Shown piece after piece: positions 39,000 to 50,200 of a stretch of 64,000 nt of DNA. Within the stretch, counting starts at the first letter, position 1. Each line of letters starts with the position of its first letter. Under the pieces are notes generated by a model, which worked only from the letters and a program-made list of their open reading frames with translations, was not told the DNA's origin and made no database searches. Location: NCBI GenBank assembly GCA_000934665.2, contig JYFJ02001400.1:1-64000 (forward strand). Reading direction: 5' to 3'. The position numbers and the translations under genes are program-made. This DNA comes from Catajapyx aquilonaris (lineage: Eukaryota).

Positions 39000-39894
39000 C
39001 ACTGTAAACCACAAAGCATTAACAAAACATTAACAGTACACCTCGACTGAGTCTCCCACAGCATTAAGTGAGGTCTTTTTTTAATGCTTTGCGGTTTACA
39101 GTTTTTAATGTTCCATATGGTCACCCCAATGTTGCTTTGCTTCTCTCGGCGATAATGATCCGAGTGATGTTGATATGATGTTTTATTATTTCTATTATTA
39201 ATGTTCTGCTACCCCACTCATATAATGCTCTACTTTTTCACTTGCTCTACATCTGCACGATAAAATGCTCTCGAATGTCTTAAATTTAATGCTCCATTTT
39301 GTTGCTTTATGATGCTTTATTCATGTTTATTATAATGATCCCATTGCCTTCAATTTAATGCGCGGGTGCTCCACCCATGTCCCGTGGGCCTATTTTGGCC
39401 TGCGGACTCAAAGCTGCAGGGGGAAAAAAAATCGCATGTATAATAAAATGTCGAACATGCGAAAAAAAATGAGCTTCGGACAAACATTTGCTTATATTGT
39501 ATGTCCTGCAACTTCCAAGAAGTTATCCAGACCCGCACATTCTTCATAAGTAATAATATAATTTGCCAAGGGGAAACAACTTTATTGAATCTACATCATG
39601 TTCGCCCTTTTTGGAGAATTATGATAACACTTCGGAGCATTAAGTTTACAATTTCGGAGAATCATGTTGGCACTTTTTTATTATGATAATTAATGACACT
39701 CTTCAGAGCATTAGGTGTGAACTTCTCGGAGAATTAGGTTTGAATAATATTTTGTAGCACTAATGTTATTTCCTGGAGCATTAACTTGAAAATCATTAAC
39801 AGAACATCAGCAGAACATCTGTGGAGCATCACAATGGTTTACTGCTCTTGTAATGCTCTGTTAATGCTCTGTTAATGTTTTGCGGTTTACAGTG
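39000..39894. mobile_element. Non-autonomous DNA element with CACTG...CAGTG ends and subterminal AATGCTC/GAGCATT repeats (CACTA/EnSpm- or Transib-like)
   Basis: cactgtaaaccacaaagcattaac pairs with gttaatgttttgcggtttacagtg. An extra internal TIR copy lies at ~39081-39102. TSD unclear. Confidence 0.7.
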
Positions 39895-40157
39895 TATATA
39901 TATAACTTCAGTATAATTATTGTGGCCCGATACCCATTATTATAATGTATGGGAAACCGATATAGGTGATACAATAAATGTGATCATTAATACTGTATAT
40001 TAATGTAAGCTGCTTGGTGGCAATATTTGACCACAGAAAAGAAGGAAAGAAAACGTTTTTTTTTTTTTGTGGCGGGGGTTTTACTAACTTATTCACAGTT
40101 TCTAGCCTCTTATATACACTAAGGAACGGATTTTTTTCTAAAAAACGTCAAATAGCA

Positions 40158-40330
40158 GGGCTCGAAATATTCGGATGCAGCAGAGGTGCAATTTGCACTC
40201 CAAAAGAATTGTTACTTGTATCTTACTCCAAAGTGAGCCATGGAGCAAAAAAAAACTACTTTTTAACATTGCTATAAATCCAGTAATGAAGCACTTTATG
40301 TAAGTGTACTTTGCACTCCAGAACATACTC
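40158..40330 (+). repeat. Dispersed repeat family (copy 2)
   Basis: Matches the reverse complement of 9040-9125 and also 55810-55885. Confidence 0.6.
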
Positions 40331-41794
40331 TGCACTTGCATAAAAGATAATATAAAGATTTGATTCCTGAAATGGGGGGGGGGNCACGCACGCACGCACG
40401 CACACACGCATTTGTAGGAATAAGAAAGTCTACCCCAATAAGGAGGGGAGGGGAGGGGTCCGAGGCGAGGGGGGGAAGAGAGATAACTATTTAAGTGGTG
40501 CTGTTTTGGTACATGACATGTCGTGTAGACGAGGCAATTTGAGCATGCACCTTGACTATGCTATCTATCTCCATAACCCCGAATATTTCTAGACGGGGGC
40601 ATAAGTTATAATATTAACTTACGTAATTTGCGTGATTCGACTAATGCTAGTAATGCCGAGTCGTAGTATGTTATTATCGCCTCAGACTCTTCTTCTGGTT
40701 AAACCTAACTGACAAGCTGTGGAAGGAGTTCAGTGTGTATGGCAAATGAACCAGGAGTTCAGACAGGTAGATAGGGGCAATATCATTACATTCGAGTATA
40801 GGCTACCTTATATCCGCATGGGGTGACCAATCACAACGATCAGTTTCGACTTCTGCACACACGCCGGATCCAGCTCTAGTGCCGCGACGTAATTCCAGGG
40901 TAAATCGATATGTAAATGTAACGCACAATAATTTTTTCGAACCAAGTTTAATGTCAACAACAAAATTATGTAACTTTATAGATTACAGCAATATTTGGCT
41001 ATATTTGTCAAGACATGAATCCTTTCTATTGATGTATTGGTCCCACCGCGGGACCAGGTTCACGTTCATAAAGAACTCCGTTTTGTTTTTGTTTTTTGTG
41101 CCCGATAAGGCCCTTTTTTTAAGTGGTCAAAGAAACAAATTGTCTCTCATAGTAAGGTCAGATCTATATGGTCAGTTTTGTACTACTATACATCTGCATA
41201 TGCATCAAAAGAGAATCAAAAGCAAAATGAGCTAGCAGAGGTGGTGGATGTGCTATAGTATTGTTTACCTCACTGCACTGACTAGAACCAGTTATTAGCT
41301 CTTGCTAGAACTATTGGGTATATAGGGCAGGTTAGCTGGTTAGGTCACGGCACGCTAGGTTAGGTTAGGGTGTGGTAGGTTAGAACAGTTGTGTGAAGCA
41401 ATTGAGCTAATAGCGCACAAGACTGTATGTCTTTTTGTATGTTCATGTAAATACTATCCTTGCATTAAGACACACTACTTGTTTACCACTCCATGAAGTT
41501 AAGTCAGTCTGGATTGACATGCGTGAAATACAATAAAATGTACAATCATGTAACACTTTGTGCATTACCCGTTATCCATTCCCCTCACTGCTACCAGTAC
41601 CGCTGGGCTATAGGGCAAGAACGAAATAAATGTGGGACCTATTTCTCAATGAGTAAATTTCTGTGCAATGTGAGTTACGTAACCAGGTAATTTTGTTAGC
41701 GGACTTTTATCTTACATCCTAATTAAATAGTTTTGCACCAAGTCCTTTGTGTATATAAACATGGTTTGATATGCGAAAACCTATAATAATAATA

Positions 41795-41910
41795 ATAATT
41801 GCTAATAACTCAAAATCACATTTTAATTTTTTGTAAAGATTCGCGCAAAATGGAAGGCTAAATTCTTTAAAACAATTTCCAAAATTTGATTTTGAGCTAT
41901 TAGCTATTAT
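41795..41910. repeat. AT-rich inverted repeat
   Basis: ataattgctaataactcaaaatca pairs with tgattttgagctattagctattat. Confidence 0.6.
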
Positions 41911-43168
41911 GAAAAAGCAAAGAGAGCCTCATTTAATGGTACTGAATATGCTCCAAAAATATTGTTCATTGGGTTTGATTTGGTTTCTAAAATATTGATT
42001 TCTATAAGAAACCATCGCAAGATTCCATCATTTTTCTAGATTAATTAGCTCAAAGCTGTTGAAAGTGGAGATAAATTATTTTTATTCGGATCTCGAATTA
42101 TTATTATTATTGACTGTTTTGTGCTCTTATCTGCTTATGGTGGATGCTCAAATGCTGGGTTATACACAAAGGCCACTTTCCTAGCCTGACTCATCATATT
42201 TTTTTGCATCTGTCTCTTTCCCGGCTTGACCAACGGGCTTGACATAACTTCCAGTGAGTGTCTAATTACTCATTGTGCTCATTACATTCACAAAACCTTT
42301 TGAAAGAGGCCTAGACCAAGTGTGTGCTGTGCTTATCCCTGCGCTCTTCACGAAACACTTCAGTGCAAAAAGTTGGACTTTTCGTGCAGCCAACTTCGCT
42401 AAATCTGGTGAGTGTTAATTTTCGGTCGTGTCATCTGCGTCCACTTTTATTCTCTTCTTGTCACTAGCCATCACAGAAATATGCACTGGTTCTCCAAACT
42501 ACCCTTTCGACATACACGACACAAGCAACTGATCACTTGGAAAACCAGCGACTATCTGCCTTGCCATCTGCACCAAGATCTCTGAGAGGCCCCAGTGTAG
42601 AACCAAAATATGGGAAGAATGAGAGTTCTTAAAAATAACCAAAGTAGGCCTTCATATATGTGTTAGTTTCAAAAATCTTTCATTATGACGCTATGAATGG
42701 TGTGGGGCTTTCTCAGTTTTGGACATTTACGGTATTATCCATGGTCTTCCGAATCGCGGGGCTTATCGTTTCGTTAATTGTACCCAGTAGGCCAGTACGG
42801 ACTAGTCATCTGCCCCGTCCGGCTTTCGCTGCATGTGTTAAAAGCAGTCTATTCTGGGTCATGATCTGGGGTGGGGGCACGGGTGGGGGGGTCCCTTAGG
42901 TCTAGGGCTAATGACTTGTCATCTGGCCCCTTAAAACTTCCGCTAGACAGAGGTACCGGTACATATTCGGTTCAAAGCAGCCGACAACAGGGAAGGAAAA
43001 AAAAATGTTTAAAAATTTTATTTTTTTCTTGTTGTGATTGGGGGCCCCCTGACCTTCGGTCTAGGGCCCTGGTGCAAGTGCTCCATTGCACCATGGTAAA
43101 TCCGACCTTCCAGTACTGGGTTGTCTCTGGAACTCGGGAAGTACTTGTAGATGCGGATGCACAGGGTA

Positions 43169-43169
<1 letters not shown>

Positions 43170-43224
<55 letters not shown>

Positions 43225-43275
43225 TATTATTATTTAGAATTTTAGATGATGATGCGATGATGATGATGATGATGA
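43170..43275. repeat. (CAT)n microsatellite followed by an inverted (ATG)n tract
   Basis: Seen directly; it explains the poly-His, poly-Met and poly-Ser ORFs in the track. Confidence 0.95.
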
Positions 43276-43370
43276 CAATAATAATTTATTAATACTGTAG
43301 GTAATGTGAAATGTTCAACGTTGTACCGATACTGAAACGAAAATTACAGCAATATTGCCAATAATGATTA

Positions 43371-44536
43371 CACTGGGTAACAAAATTAAACATGTTTTTT
43401 GTTTGAGTCGATTTTTAAATGTTTTCTTATGTGATTGTAGGCGCTGATTCTGAATATGAAATTGCTTTTGCTCTATCGTCAACCGTTTGCTTAGAAATGA
43501 CGACACTATGTTTTGCATTTATTCTACATAACCATTTGTAATGGCAATTTTTTAAAAAATTTCTCAGTGGCAAAGTGAGACGTTTTCCACTGTATAGTCA
43601 ATATATTGAATTGAAATTATATGAAAACACTCCCTTAAAAACTCATTTCTCTCAAAAATGAATATTTGAGAGCCTTTTTCTCTTATGAACACCATCACTG
43701 TCACTTCGTAGCAAACCCCAAATGTAGTCTCCTATCATGGCTGCATCCCATGACCTTCTCTGGTACATCTTCTCCATGTCCATAATGTCTTGATGAAAGC
43801 GCTCACCATATTCTTCACTCACATCACCCAAATTGTCCGGGAAAAATCCAAATGGGAGTGCAAGTAGTGAACCTTATCAGACATTCGGCACCCCATGGTC
43901 TTGTATGGATGTAGCATATTTTTTATGAGGTCCTTGTAGTTGTCACTCTTTCTGTTTCCAAGGAAGCCATACACAACATGGCAAAATGTATTCCAATTCA
44001 TTTTTTCAATATGAGTCATTTTATCCTCCAATTCCTTTGACTCCAGCATCTTCTTCACTTGTGGGCCAGTGAAAATGCCAGCCTTTACTTTGGCTGCAGA
44101 TAGCTTTAGGAACATTAACTGTATGCACTCTAATGGACCTTCTGCTTAAGCTCTTACAAATTGCTTTACTAACCCCAACTTAATATGAAGCGGTGGAAGC
44201 AACACCTTTTCTCTTGGCACGAGAGGATTGTGAATGAGGTGGGTGGAGGGATTGAGAGGAGAAATCCCTTAATGAGTGACAAATCTCTGTTAAAAGTGGT
44301 GCCCTTTTGAGATATTTGCCCCCTTCCAATCATTTCAGTACCTTAGAATTGCAATATATAGCCGACGGGCCTACACCATAGAGCATAAGGAGTCAAAACT
44401 GTGAAAATACAAAACATGGCATATCTTCCAAACTTTAGATGATAGAGCAAAACCTATTGCAGATTTGAACTCAGCACACCGAAATCATTATAATTCCGTC
44501 AGAAAATTAACTCAAACATTTTCTTGTTACCCAGTG
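43371..44536 (-). mobile_element. Chapaev3-type (CMC superfamily) DNA transposon, internally deleted
   Basis: TIR cactgggtaacaa / ttgttacccagtg with a TTA TSD on both sides (43368-43370 and 44537-44539). It contains a transposase relic. Confidence 0.8.
43745..44235 (-). pseudogene. Chapaev transposase C-terminal fragment with stops and frameshifts
   Basis: VLLPPLHIKLGLVKQFVRA*, LSAAKVKAGIFTGPQV, GFLGNRKSDNY, MGCRMSDKVHYLHSHLDF, then a frameshifted NLGDVSEEYGERFHQDI. Confidence 0.85.
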
Positions 44537-44549
44537 TTATCGGACAAGN

Positions 44550-45540
44550 GTTTGGGCGAGCGTGACGGTCCGTTACATGGGGGAGGGGGGGGGGTTGGGT
44601 AGCCGTTACGTAACGCATTTGAACGCACTGTATAAAAATATTCCGAGTGCGACACAGCGTGGCCCGCGTGGCTGCGTCGTCCGCTACTGGTCCGAATCGG
44701 TAAAAAACGTGCGAAAAAAAGCTATTTATGAGACTTTTCGTAGGAACTTGACAACCTCACTATTTTTATGCAAGGTATTTATGTGAGTCACATGTTGTAC
44801 TACCTGTTGATTCCATACCTATTGCGCGACAATTGTTCCAGGGTCTCAAAGTCAAATGACATTTTTGTTCTGACTATTTTCTCTTTTATATAAAACATGC
44901 CCATTTTGTAGCTTTAAAAATACGCACCTGTACGTAACGTAGTTCGTTAATTTTTTTTTGTTTTTCTTCTGAAATACGGGCGACGTGGTGGCGTAGTGGT
45001 TTAATATTATAAAGTCTGCCTCCTACCACCTCTGGGGTCCCAGGTTCGATCCCCGGATTGGGCCAAGGATTTCCCATACGGGTTGAGTTTCGATGGAGTT
45101 CTCTCCGCGCTTGCGTGGGTTTTATATCAGGGTTCTCACGTTATAAATTTCCTTCCACACTCCAAAAACTATCTTCCCCTCCCCCTTTCTTTCGCCCTCC
45201 ACCCACCCTCCCAAGAGCCTCATAGCCTGAGTCGCCTCGGCTTCCCCTTCTGAAATACAGACCACTTTCTGTCTATATTAAATTTTAGTGTCGGTACAAA
45301 AGTGTTCTTTTCTTTCACAAGTACAGTAGTTTTACAGTAAACATATTCTTAAAATTATTGCCTTGGTTTTATATACATGAAACACGTGGGGCTCGTTCCG
45401 AAGCACGAAATTTTAAAAAATAGCGGGCGTTACGTAACGAGGGGGGGGGGGTTCAGAAGATCGTTACGGTCTGTTACAGAGGGGGGGGAGGGGGTCCAAA
45501 ATTGCCAAAAATACCGTTACGTAATATGTGGACGTCCCCC
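44550..45540. mobile_element. PIF/Harbinger-like MITE; left end missing next to an N; hosts a SINE
   Basis: Right end cgttacgtaatatgtggacgtcccc. Repeated cgttacgtaacg with G-runs at ~44604 and ~45428. Confidence 0.55.
44978..45246 (+). mobile_element. tRNA-derived SINE with a V-domain-like central region and 12-bp TSD
   Basis: A box tggcgtagtgg at 44989-44999; B box ggttcgatccc at 45043-45053; tggagttctctccgcgcttgcgtgggttt...ttccttccacactccaaaaac. TSD cttctgaaatac at 44966-44977 and 45247-45258. Confidence 0.8.
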
Positions 45541-47288
45541 GAACCCACGTAAAAAACGCCATATTAATCTTCGCGGGCTTTCTCCACTACGTGATATAAT
45601 ATTTATGCGTTACAAAATAAATTTTGGCTTGTTGCATCTGCTGCCGTAATTATGCAGGTTGATGCAGTAGTTTCGAAACTGCAATTTGTCAAAAACTGCA
45701 ATTTGGAAAATCTTGGAATATGTACGTCAAATAATGAACTAAGGTTCGGATAAAAAGCTAAGGGTGAAATGTTCAACCTCTATATAGTTGCTCTTAATAA
45801 GATTCCTACAAATTCATCCCGCTCCAATGAGGTTTTTAAATTCATTTTATTCTGCAGTGTGTTATGAAAATAAAATATTTCTCACTACACAACATGCCAT
45901 ATGGTACTGTCATTTTACTCTTCATTGTATATATTAATCGTTCTGGAAAAAGTAATCTAAATGTGTGATTAGAGTGTTGTCTTCCACATGCAATAGCCAA
46001 CCAAAGCTGCCAAGATAATAATTATTATGTATTCTTAATTAGTGACACTACAATTTGCAGCAAACGCTTCCCGATAGCATATATATGCATGCCAAAAGTG
46101 AGCTCATAAAATCGTACAAACATTTACTAATAATGCACAATTTATTGTTACAGTACCGTACGTACTAGCAACTTGAGTTATTTGGCGCATTTGACGTCCT
46201 AAAACCTGCAATAAAGTTAAAATTTAATCGGGCGCATAAATGAGGGCACAATATAGGAAAACCTTCGGGTAAATTAAATTTATTCGGTGACAGGCAGATT
46301 ACACGCACAACACACGCAACTGACTAGAGCAGTGTTTCAATATATAATTGGATATGGAGGCGCGCTCTGTCCGGATCTGCCGCCTTTTGTCTCGCGCTGT
46401 CCCGATGATAAGAAGCTCCACCAGTTACAGCATCGACGTGCGTCTGTTGACAAGAGTGAAAGGAGTCTGCTGAGAAAAAGACGATCATCTCATATTAGTG
46501 AGTCCATTAATTACACAGATGCAAAAAAAAAGTCGTTGATTTGACGTGATTTTATTTGGAGATGAACTAGTCCAGCTAGGTTACGTCTGCGTATTAAAAA
46601 GTTATCGCGTTTTCAGCAGGTGGACCAGTAGCATGTGTTGACGTTCAAGGATACTGCAGTGTATATACTATTAATTTGTCAAATCTTTCGTAAGGGTAAA
46701 GCATGGCCTGTTTGACAGGCTGGGCTTATCATAATAATTATATAGAAGCACTGCTTACAATATGTCCTTGCATGCATTAGGGAGCGTTTATTAAACATAC
46801 AGATGGAAACATTTTTGGCGTCACATGACACACATTAAATCAGGTAATAATCAAGATTTATTGGCTGCACAAAAATGTTTAGGTTGTAATTATGTTGTAC
46901 TGTGCTGCTTCAAGGACAGCATGTAAAATGCTGCCAGTTCTTGGCAGTACCACTTGCAGTAACGTGATGGTATTTGCGTCGATTTACCTAGAAGAATGGC
47001 TATTTTCTTCTCTAAGAATTGCTATGGAAATATTGTGAATGCCAATGGACTTCAGAAGTGGCTCATTTGACGGTGTCGGTGCCAGGATGCCGATTGTCTT
47101 GTGAATCTCCATTGTGTTTGCGAGCCCAGAATGTCACGTTCAAAGAAAGATCAACCCACTAGAATTTTTTGCACGCGCTGCGAAAATACTGATGTCAGCC
47201 ACCTGCATTCTTAGGGAACACAAACACAAACAAGCAATTTCTCTCACCTGATTGAATTCCAAACTCCTCAGAATTAAGTTTAAGTGAT

Positions 47289-50200
47289 TTAATGCTGCTC
47301 CTCTGGGAGACTGCGCACACTCCTGGCTGCCGTAGATGCAGGCGGAGCCAGTGCTGGAGGCTGTAAAAATGTTAAAACCGTCATTTAAAAAAATCAAAGA
47401 CATTATCGAAATACCTCCAAGAAATTTCTCTACACGCTGTACACTTTTCTCGATTTTTTTCACAAGTATACCCTACCAAAAATAGCTGTATTTTTTTTTT
47501 TTTTTTGCTTCTATCGCTTCAATATAAATGACACAATTTTTTTGCCATCTCTGTTTCATTCACTACGGAATGCAGTGACGAGTAGTGGTCAAGGGTTATC
47601 TGAGCAACAGGCTTCCTTTGATTGGGTGGAAAATCAAGAAGGCAATAACACTCGCCCTTAACAAATGACCGGAAGTCTGGAGGACGAGGAAAAGCATAAT
47701 TTTATGCCCGGGCGAGATATGGATTATTAGTTTATAACATTAAGATAAGACGTGGATAAGAGAGAGCACACCCGTGGGTCTCTTTCAGCTGATGTCAGTA
47801 GCTTGAGTTTAGATCGTATGTCCTTTAGCTCTCCAGACTGTGTACGTAATGTACTAAGCGTGGTACTTACGGTGAATAGATTGGCGAAGAACGCCTTCTT
47901 GGCCAGGGTGAATGGGGATGGCGTGGTTGGATTGGTGATGACCGCCATCTTCTTCTGGAAATCAGCGTAGCTCTTCATGAACTTGGCGTATACTGCCATT
48001 TCTTGAGCAGCGACCAGTGGATTGAATGTCGTGTCATCGGGGGCAGCGTCAGATGCGTCGGGGTCAGAAACAGCTGCCCTTCTGCTTAGGGCGAAAGTGG
48101 CCAAACTCTTCTTGAAGGAGGCCAGTCGAGCCAGGATCTTGTCCATGGCATCCATCTGTTGCACGACAGCGTCTGGTGTTACGGAGCTGCCGAAGAGTCC
48201 TGCTGCGTCCGATGCAGCAGTGGTCGCCTCGCGTTTGGCCATGTCACCGTCGACGGCGGTCGCATTCATCTTGGCCAGCTTCTTCTGGAAGGAGGAGAGT
48301 CGCTCCAGGACCTTCCCCATTGTCTCCAGCTCCATGAGAACCGACTTGGAGTCCAGTGGAGATGGTGACACGCCTGGGTCTGGAACTGGGCTACGCTTCT
48401 CATACGTCGAGCCGTCGTCGACAACTGTGGACAGCTTCGTCCTATAGGCTGCCATTGCGTCCATCATGGCCTGCAGTCCTGGGGACAGAGTGGCACGTCC
48501 GGTCATGTCTGGAGCCTCAGTGGTTGTAGTGGGAGGCTCTGGAGGCGTGCTAAGGGCGGCCAGCTTCTTCTTGAACTCGGTCATCTTGTCCAGGAGAGCC
48601 TCCAGGACGTCGAAGTTGGCCAGTGGATCTGGTGCTGGAGCCATTGGATCCTTGATCTTCCGGGTCGATATGGACTCTGCGCTTGATGACTCGTCCGAGT
48701 CTGTCGATGTTGGAGGAGTTATTGGCGAATCGGCGAGGGTGCCCACCAGACTGTTTTTGTAGGTCATGACCTTGTTGAACATGTCGCTCATCATGTCGAG
48801 GTTGGTCTGGAGCATGAGACCGAATGTTTGGGCCGGTGAAAGTGGGGTCGCGGCTTCGGTGGTTGGAGCTGGAGTGGTGGTGGTCGTGGCGTTGGCTTTG
48901 GCAGCCAGCAACTTGCTGAGGAAGGCCATCTTCTTGCTCATGAAGAAGCCAGGTGGTACAGCTCCTCCCGCTGGAGCAGCTGCTGGGGATGGAGGCACCT
49001 TGGATTTCTTGGAGGCTTTGCCAGGTTTCATTGGCTTTCCTCCTGGACCACCCATGACTGCCCTGCTGGCTCTTGACACTGCTGGAGCTTCAGTGTCGTT
49101 CATCTCAGCAGCGAGGAGATCCTGGAAGAACTTGTCCAGAAAAGTGTCCTTGGACTTGTCCAGCAAGAAGGTTGGATCCATCATGATAGCGCTGTTGATC
49201 TTGATGGAAGCTGGTGTGGTGGCGTCAGCCTTTGCCTTCTTAGGTGGCTTCACCATCCTGGGAGCAACGTCGCTGGTGGCATTTGTGGCATTGGCAAGAA
49301 CCTCCAACAGGTTGCTCAGGAAATCCATCTTCTTGTTGAGGTAGTAGGCAGGGTCCATCAGGAGTGGAGGAGGCACCCAGAAGTTCAGTGGAACGGTCGT
49401 CGTTGCGTTCTTCTTGGCGTCGACAACAGCTCTCTTCTCGTAGCTGGTGTCGTCGTCAAAGATGTCCTCCATGGACAGTGCTCCCTTAGCGTAATACTTC
49501 TTCGCCTTCTTCGACGCCTTCGCATCAGCCTTGGCCGCCTTGGCTTCTTCCTTGGGGTCAGTGAACGTTGGTGCAGCACCAACACCAGCACCTCCCTTTG
49601 GACCTACGACGTCTAACAGTTGTTTTAAAAGCAGCTGCTCTTCGGTGAGTCCCGCAGATGCAGATGCGCTGGGGGGAAATTTACCTTTGCCTTTCTTCTT
49701 TGACTTGCCTCCCATTGGACCACCCATCATCTTAGCTGACCTGGTTTCGATACTGCTGGACTCGTCGCTCCCTGCAGAATCCCTCAGGAGCTGCACCAGT
49801 CGTTCCAGATAAGTCTCGGGATCTACTGTCGGCACTGGTGTTGGCGCAGGTGTCGTGGTGGTGGTGGCCTTAATCTTGCTCAGCTTCTTGTCCACTTTGG
49901 TCGGCTTGCTCTTCTTCGGCGGAGGAGCCTTCGTCGCGGGAGCCTTCGTCGCTGAAGCCTTCATGGATTTGGCAAGAACGTCGAGGAACTTTTGCAGCAG
50001 CTCCGCGTCGGTGGGAGGTGCGACAGTGGTGGCTTCTTTTCCCTTTTTTGACGACTTTGTGGTCGGAGCAGCAGTGGTGGTGGTGGTTGTTGTTGTAAGA
50101 GAAAGAGCTTCCAGCATCTTTTCCAGATAAGCCATCTTGCTGCTGACGAACACGCTTGGGTCGATAGCGCCCATGTCCTCCACCATCCAGTACTTTGGGG

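Noticed and set aside
41329..41385. GGTTA/TTAGG repeats resembling the arthropod telomere motif
   Set aside because: The tract is short and degenerate; such tracts are common inside insect repeats and are not evidence of a telomere or fusion.
42871..43292. Poly-His, poly-Met and poly-Ser ORFs
   Set aside because: They are translations of the (CAT)n microsatellite.
20864..44549. Single N bases at 20864, 40384 and 44549
   Set aside because: These are assembly ambiguities near homopolymers or repeats. The one at 44549 may explain the missing MITE end.
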